A stretch of 64,000 nucleotides of DNA, from positions 107,854-171,853 of IMG/VR virus record IMGVR_UViG_2902759955_000002. One strand, 5' to 3'. Below the pieces are notes generated by a model. It did no database searches. It was not told the DNA's origin and saw nothing but the letters and a program-made list of their open reading frames with translations. Both the position numbers and the translations under genes were made by a program. Shown here in pieces: positions 58,879-64,000 of the stretch; position 1 is the stretch's first letter; each line of letters opens with the position of its first letter. The DNA is from a virus. Its lineage: Duplodnaviria > Caudoviricetes.

Positions 58879-59096
58879 TTGTTCTTCTCCAGTATCAGTT
58901 CGATCTTTTTGCGACGCCCTTCGAGTTCCGCCAGATAGGGAATGCCAACTGCTTTCATCCGCTGCTCGGAGTAGTTCACGATGGCGCGCTTGTAGTTGTC
59001 GATTTCTATTTGAGCAAGCTGCACCAGATGTTCGAGCTTGCCTGCGGTCAGCTTCTCGATATCCCGATGCTCTTTGCCGTTGATCCAGATATTCAT
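58875..59096 (-). CDS. Hypothetical protein
   Basis: ATGA-coupled; helical. Confidence 0.6.
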   Translation of the reverse strand: MNIWINGKEHRDIEKLTAGKLEHLVQLAQIEIDNYKRAIVNYSEQRMKAVGIPYLAELEGRRKKIELILEKNK

Positions 59097-59803
59097 CGTG
59101 GCGTCTCCGGCTGCTTCAGCACACGAAGGGTCTCATCGCAGATGTCCGCGATCGTGCCGCGGGTATGGGTGACCTGCGAGTCTTCGCTCCAACGCGGATG
59201 ACGATCTCCAATCACAAGCGACTTGATCCGCATGAGCGCGCCCATCACAATGCCAGCGCGGGCTTTGGCCGCGGCCTGTACCTCAATCGGCTTGTTCACC
59301 AGGTCACGTAACGCCGGATCGTGCTGCGTCTGTGCGTTAACGATCACAGAGGGGATCGGTGCAGTCGGCGCGTCTACAACTGGCGTGGGCACCGGACCCT
59401 CGCGAGCACGCGTCGCCTCAACCATCGCATCGTAGTTACGGCTCGAGAATTCACCGGCGATATACGAACCGCTTTCTCTCAGGAACGCCGGCATCTCGGT
59501 CGGCAGCAAGATCCTCGAATGCTCGCGAGCGAACGCGACACCGCTATGGAAAGCCGACGCGATATGGTTACGCACATTGGGTGCCGGATCACGTTCAAAG
59601 CGCGACAGGATCCCGACCATCGCCTCGCCTTCGAGTCGGTCGTAGTCTTTCTCCTCCGGTGCCTCGTAGACGATCTCGCAGCACACGTCGACGCATTCGT
59701 TGCAGATATGAACGTTGTGCGGGCCTGCGACGAGATTCTTCACCTGCTCCTGATCTTTGCCGCAGAAATCACACGCCAGCAGTTTTTTGGTCACGATGCC
59801 CAT
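59093..59803 (-). CDS. Protein with an N-terminal ClpX C4-type zinc-binding domain
   Basis: [35 protein letters not shown]; no AAA+ domain. Confidence 0.8.
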   Translation of the reverse strand: MGIVTKKLLACDFCGKDQEQVKNLVAGPHNVHICNECVDVCCEIVYEAPEEKDYDRLEGEAMVGILSRFERDPAPNVRNHIASAFHSGVAFAREHSRILLPTEMPAFLRESGSYIAGEFSSRNYDAMVEATRAREGPVPTPVVDAPTAPIPSVIVNAQTQHDPALRDLVNKPIEVQAAAKARAGIVMGALMRIKSLVIGDRHPRWSEDSQVTHTRGTIADICDETLRVLKQPETPR

Positions 59804-60092
59804 CGTCTTTCATCTCCTCAATCATTGTCAGAATGCTGCGGACCTTTTCGAGCATCTGCTCTTGCGCCAGCGCCTTCGCTTCTTCCAGCGTGCGGCCGGA
59901 GGCGAAGTACGACATGGCGTCGCTGTCCCACGAGACGGCGTAGCTGTCGTATTCCTTCCAGCTCTTCCATGTGATCATCACGCGACCCAGCGGACAGTCC
60001 GCAAACACATGGTCGTAGTAGCTCGTCTTGCCACTGTCCGGCTTCGCGGGCTCGCTCCACTGGAGCGGTTTCAATTTCAGTTCAAGACTCAT
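59769..60092 (-). CDS. Hypothetical protein
   Basis: LKPLQWSE...[10 protein letters not shown] pattern common in phage small proteins. Confidence 0.6.
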   Translation of the reverse strand: MSLELKLKPLQWSEPAKPDSGKTSYYDHVFADCPLGRVMITWKSWKEYDSYAVSWDSDAMSYFASGRTLEEAKALAQEQMLEKVRSILTMIEEMKDDGHRDQKTAGV

Positions 60093-60182
60093 CGTCCACT
60101 CCGTTTCACTCACACTGGATGGACGAGGGGAGTAAGAATTCACGAGACGGCATAAGCAGCAGGCCGAAGCCTGCCGCGTGGC

Positions 60183-60410
60183 TTAGAGCTGCAAGCCCAG
60201 ATGGATGGCCAGCTTTGCGATTCCTAGCGTGAACGCGAGGAAGAACGCGAGTGACCAGAACTTCAGACGCGCCACCTTCTTCTCTACGACACGCACGCCG
60301 TACTTGGCGCGGTGTTGTCTCAGACCGTGTGTTTCAACTTCGACAAAGAGAATGATCGTGATCGCCAGTGCTGCCACCGCACAGACGAGGTCGTTACCTG
60401 TGATTTCCAT
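60183..60410 (-). CDS. Small two-TM membrane protein
   Basis: Two hydrophobic helices. Confidence 0.5.
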   Translation of the reverse strand: MEITGNDLVCAVAALAITIILFVEVETHGLRQHRAKYGVRVVEKKVARLKFWSLAFFLAFTLGIAKLAIHLGLQL

Positions 60411-60420
60411 GACGTACCTG

Positions 60421-61479
60421 TTAGCCGAGGGTGTCGGTTGCCCGAATGAGCCCATCGGCGCCCCGGCCGAAGGCATTTGCGCTGTAGGTCGTTTGCGTGA
60501 TCAGCCCATAGAGCGATCCGATCTTCAGCTTGTTATCGCAGTAGTGGTCCATTTCCGTCGTGTATCGGCGAATGAATTCACGGGCCGCCTGCTTGTAGTT
60601 GTACTGACTGGGAGATGCGCCCCACTTCGCCATCTTCCCGCTCATCGAGAGTTGCTGGAACCGCTCGGTATTAAAGAAGGTTTCGAAGTTCTTCAGGTCC
60701 GCCATCGCCACCGCGCCCCCGTTGGCAAACACACCGGTAAAGCTCAGGGTGCGTAAGGACACGCTTTGCCACTTGCAGGTGAAATTGACCCACCACATGA
60801 AGTCGGCCATCGTCTTGACAGGCAGGGGACACTTGCTCGCGAGCTCTGCCATCTGCACGAGGAGCTTCGCGTGCGCTGTGGGGCGCAGGCGCAAGGAGGT
60901 CAGGAACTTGTTTAGGCCGGTCTCACCGTAGCGTTCCTGCAAAAGCCATGGGTGTTTGAGCACGCGATCGCTACCAAACATCTGGTCAGCGTTTTCCCCC
61001 TGCACGTAGCGCTCTCTGAGATCGCAGTTCTGCAAAGTCTGGAGGCTCGACTCCAGCTGGAAATGCGGCCGGATATAGCGCTCCCAGAACACCGGGTTCT
61101 CCGACACGGATGGGGGCGTGGCAGAAATCACGACCTGATCCCAGCTACCCGTCTGCTGGCAGGCCAGATAGAAGGCGAGGGCAACTGAAGTGCTATCCAG
61201 TCCGCCGCTATAGAGGATGTGGACCCGCTTTCCCTCGTTCAGGATGTCATGCGCACGCTGCACGCAGGCATCATCAAAGCTGAAGTCCACACTTTCCACC
61301 GCCGGAACCGGATACATGTTCAGATACTTGAACGGCGTCTTCAGTGTTTGCGTGCGATCGATCACGCTTGCATTCACGTTGACGATCTTGAACAGCTCGC
61401 AGAAATCGAGCAGATCCTCGTCTTGTTCGGCCACTGCTTTCTTCGCAAGGAAGAGCGGCATGTAATACATGATTTCCAT
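60421..61479 (-). CDS. PP-loop (asparagine-synthetase-like) ATP pyrophosphatase
   Basis: ILYSGGLDST and GENADQMFG; no glutaminase domain; GGAG RBS. Confidence 0.75.
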   Translation of the reverse strand: MEIMYYMPLFLAKKAVAEQDEDLLDFCELFKIVNVNASVIDRTQTLKTPFKYLNMYPVPAVESVDFSFDDACVQRAHDILNEGKRVHILYSGGLDSTSVALAFYLACQQTGSWDQVVISATPPSVSENPVFWERYIRPHFQLESSLQTLQNCDLRERYVQGENADQMFGSDRVLKHPWLLQERYGETGLNKFLTSLRLRPTAHAKLLVQMAELASKCPLPVKTMADFMWWVNFTCKWQSVSLRTLSFTGVFANGGAVAMADLKNFETFFNTERFQQLSMSGKMAKWGASPSQYNYKQAAREFIRRYTTEMDHYCDNKLKIGSLYGLITQTTYSANAFGRGADGLIRATDTLG

Positions 61480-61492
61480 GGCTGCGCTCCCG

Positions 61493-62104
61493 TTAGACCT
61501 GGCCAATGCCGATGACGTTATCCCGCACGATGGTCTTCCACTCTTGCAGGCTCTGTCGGGTGGTGACCTGTTTGAGCGTGCGACCATGCACCCAAAGCAG
61601 TTCCTTACGCCGCAAGGTGATCTCCAGCATGTTGCGGTGATCAAACTTCAGTTGGGAAAGGGCCTCGTGCTCCGGAACGTCGTGGCACTTTGCGTAGAGC
61701 TGCGCGTAGTCCATCGGAAACTGCACGAACATCGGCAAGTCATGCATCTCCAGACTGCACGTCTGCTCGAACTGCGCGAGGACACTGCCGGCGTGAAAGA
61801 GCAGGTAGCGAATGCCGGTCGCATAGATGTCGGCCTGTTCGAGCCGGGCCCGGGCCTGCTCCGCCACGTGCGCGTACGGAATCATGCGGTGCTCAGCGTC
61901 CTTGCCGATAAAGACGGCGCCCGGCTGCCCCGTCTTTGCCAGCTCCTCGATGCGCTGGATACTGACCTCGTTTAAGCGACGAATCTGCGTGTTGAGCATG
62001 CTGCTGCCCACAAAGTTCGCAATGTCGTAGCTCACCTTCGCCACCAGCGCGAGGTTGCTCTCGCGATCGATGACGTAGTAGTTCCTGTAAGTCGGCAGGG
62101 CCAT
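61493..62104 (-). CDS. Hypothetical protein
   Basis: TAATG-coupled to the cupin gene; C-terminal coiled coil. Confidence 0.65.
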   Translation of the reverse strand: MALPTYRNYYVIDRESNLALVAKVSYDIANFVGSSMLNTQIRRLNEVSIQRIEELAKTGQPGAVFIGKDAEHRMIPYAHVAEQARARLEQADIYATGIRYLLFHAGSVLAQFEQTCSLEMHDLPMFVQFPMDYAQLYAKCHDVPEHEALSQLKFDHRNMLEITLRRKELLWVHGRTLKQVTTRQSLQEWKTIVRDNVIGIGQV

Positions 62105-62850
62105 TACGCCCCCTTCTTCAGGTAGGTGCGGTTCAGCATGGTGTGGTTGTGATCTTCCGGACCCCAGTCACCGTCGGGATGGAAGGCGAGCACGTCCATC
62201 TGGCTCGTCTCCGTGATGAAACGATGCTGCTCCATCTCTTCGATGTACCAGAGCATGCCCGGCTGGAGCGCCGCCGTCGTTTCACGACCGTCCTCGAACG
62301 TCGAGGCGAGACCGCTCCCCGACACCACCATCCCTACGCGAAAGCTGGGATGGATATGGACTGATTGCAGGATGCCCGGTGGAAAGTGCAGATGATTCAG
62401 CGAGGGATCGCCCAAGCGCGGCGGGTAGATGAGGAGGGAGTCCGAGCAGCCATCGATGTAGCTCAGACGTCCCTTCGCCTCGACCGCCACCCCGAAGTTT
62501 TGCTGGCCAAGGAACCCGTATCGCACGACCAGCATCACAGCCACATCTTCCAGATCATCATCGAAAATGCTGATGAATGGGTCCCGCTCGACACTACCCT
62601 TGATCGGAAAGCTGAACGCCTCGCCAGCGAACAGGGTGCGACTCATTCCGTTGGGATTGCCCGCCCACTCGTGGAGGAGTTGCGCTGCGACGTCGCCCGT
62701 TTTCTTACCGGACTTGCTCAACACATAGCCGTAGACGGTAGCGCCCCGGGCCTTGATATCGATCGAGGGTCGCCGCTCATCGAGGAGGAACGCTTCCGTC
62801 GGGTACATGGAGTCCCGCAGGTCGATGTGATTCTTGTCTGTGATTTTCAT
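62104..62850 (-). CDS. Cupin-domain protein
   Basis: LSYIDGCSDSLL.YPPRLGDP.LNHLHFP, HIHPS.RVG.V.SG.G, HRF.T and AFHPD.DWGP.D.NH.MLNRT. Confidence 0.8.
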   Translation of the reverse strand: MKITDKNHIDLRDSMYPTEAFLLDERRPSIDIKARGATVYGYVLSKSGKKTGDVAAQLLHEWAGNPNGMSRTLFAGEAFSFPIKGSVERDPFISIFDDDLEDVAVMLVVRYGFLGQQNFGVAVEAKGRLSYIDGCSDSLLIYPPRLGDPSLNHLHFPPGILQSVHIHPSFRVGMVVSGSGLASTFEDGRETTAALQPGMLWYIEEMEQHRFITETSQMDVLAFHPDGDWGPEDHNHTMLNRTYLKKGA

Positions 62851-62896
62851 GGTCTTACTTCGTAACGGGTTTTGGACAGCACAACAACGGTGCAAC

Positions 62897-63547
62897 TTAC
62901 GACGCGACTTTCGCGACGGTCGGGAACGGATACTTGCCGACGTAGTCGGTGGTGTAAGCGCTCGTGTAACCCTGGACGGTCGTCAGATCGGTCGCCGCGA
63001 TGATCTTGGCGGTCTCCGTCACCCGTGCGACTTCGGTATGCTTCAGGTTGCCCTGATAGGCGGCTTCCTGAGCAAGGACGGCCACGGCCTCCTGCGTGAG
63101 CGACAAACCGCTTGCGTTTGCCGAGGCGAGGAGCGTCGGATAATTGCCTGGCACGATCGTCGATCCCGCTGCGACGTCTGCCTGATATTGGGTCGCCTCC
63201 GCCTGCTTGAGCTGATAGGCGAAGAACTGACCCACCAGCGTTTTCGCATAGAGGTGACGCGAGTTGCCGATGGCTTCGGTCAAGGCCTGCAGTGCCGCGC
63301 ACTTGGCGCTCAGCAGCGCGACCGCTGACGCATCGGCCGCAGCAATCGCCGTTGCGGTGAGCGACTTGGCGCTCGCGTCATACACGTAGCCCGTGACGGT
63401 GCTGTTGTTAAAGCCAGCCGGCTTGGCCGTATGGAAGCGCGCTACCGACAACACACCCGTCTTGGTGAGCGGCTGCAGGTAGTTGTTGTACGCGTCGTTA
63501 TAGAAGATCGCGCGGCCCGACGAGGGCACGTAATAGACGAAAAACAT
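62897..63547 (-). CDS. Tail-fibre-assembly-like protein
   Basis: Y.LKQAEA.QY...YPTLLA.A...G.SL...A..VL pattern; GGGAG RBS. Confidence 0.5.
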   Translation of the reverse strand: MFFVYYVPSSGRAIFYNDAYNNYLQPLTKTGVLSVARFHTAKPAGFNNSTVTGYVYDASAKSLTATAIAAADASAVALLSAKCAALQALTEAIGNSRHLYAKTLVGQFFAYQLKQAEATQYQADVAAGSTIVPGNYPTLLASANASGLSLTQEAVAVLAQEAAYQGNLKHTEVARVTETAKIIAATDLTTVQGYTSAYTTDYVGKYPFPTVAKVAS

Positions 63548-63673
63548 GGAGTTCTCCCGGGGGTGGCTGGACGTCAGTCACACCATGGCCGCGTGGCGGC
63601 AAAAAAAGATAGGCAGACATAAGCCGGGAACCGCGTGGTCCCCGGACTTACTTAGTGCGTAACGCGTTGATGC

Positions 63674-64000
63674 TTAGCTGCTCGCGCCGTCGCTCGATGC
63701 GCCGTCGCTGGAACTGCCATCGCTGTCGGGCGTGGTGGTCGTCGTACCGATCTGGTAGGCGTAGCGCGGGTCCCCCGGGACGATCGGGGTATTCGTGCTG
63801 CCGTACGGCACGTACGGAATGCGGCGGACCTTGAAGTTTTGCGGCTGCGACGGGTCGGTCACGACGATGTCGACGGGACCGTCTTCCCAGACGTGAACGA
63901 CGGCCGCGTCAAGCGGCGTGGCGCCCGTGTCGCCGTTGATGAACTGCACGGGCTGATCGAGCGTCGGCGTCGTGATGGGAGCGGTGCTGGTGGTGGTCAT
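63674..64000 (-). CDS. Hypothetical protein (may extend beyond the window)
   Basis: ATG at the window edge; PLDAAVVHVWEDG.V; SDG-repeat tail. Confidence 0.55.
   Translation of the reverse strand: MTTTSTAPITTPTLDQPVQFINGDTGATPLDAAVVHVWEDGPVDIVVTDPSQPQNFKVRRIPYVPYGSTNTPIVPGDPRYAYQIGTTTTTPDSDGSSSDGASSDGASS

Noticed and set aside
1-64000. Prophage or bacterial chromosome origin (TA systems, XRE regulator, tRNAs); alternative genetic code
   Set aside because: No integrase or host housekeeping genes; core synteny is phiKZ-like; genes read intact in code 11 with all three stops used

Overview
This window is part of a GC-rich (roughly 60% by eye) jumbo phage genome of the phiKZ-like, nucleus-forming type (Chimalliviridae-like). 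All family assignments come from motifs and recalled phiKZ synteny, not from database searches. Positions ~1-38,400 are conserved core: four paralogous tail-fibre-like proteins with HxxNxxNPH repeats, a lysis cassette (i-spanin, o-spanin, possible holin), RuvC, structural proteins, portal, a non-virion RNA polymerase beta N-terminal subunit, major capsid protein, a DnaB-like helicase, four internal-head paralogs and an SF2 helicase. The DnaB-like gene is split by an ORF-less group I intron (28664-29043). Positions ~38,500-64,000 are accessory and almost all on the minus strand: an HsdM-like methylase, two type II toxin-antitoxin pairs, Tpt1/KptA, a 2OG-Fe(II) oxygenase + DUF6817-like + ART-like trio, small membrane proteins, four tRNAs, a YagK/inovirus-Gp2-like gene and a cupin + PP-loop enzyme cluster. 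The most unusual signal is two ~650-nt ORF-free, hairpin-rich regions (48020-48700 and 56880-57540). Each carries an aberrant tRNA-like D-loop/T-loop module near its 5' end, so both are candidate large ncRNAs. A six-copy phage promoter motif and a family of CATA-hairpin-TATG intergenic elements are also visible.
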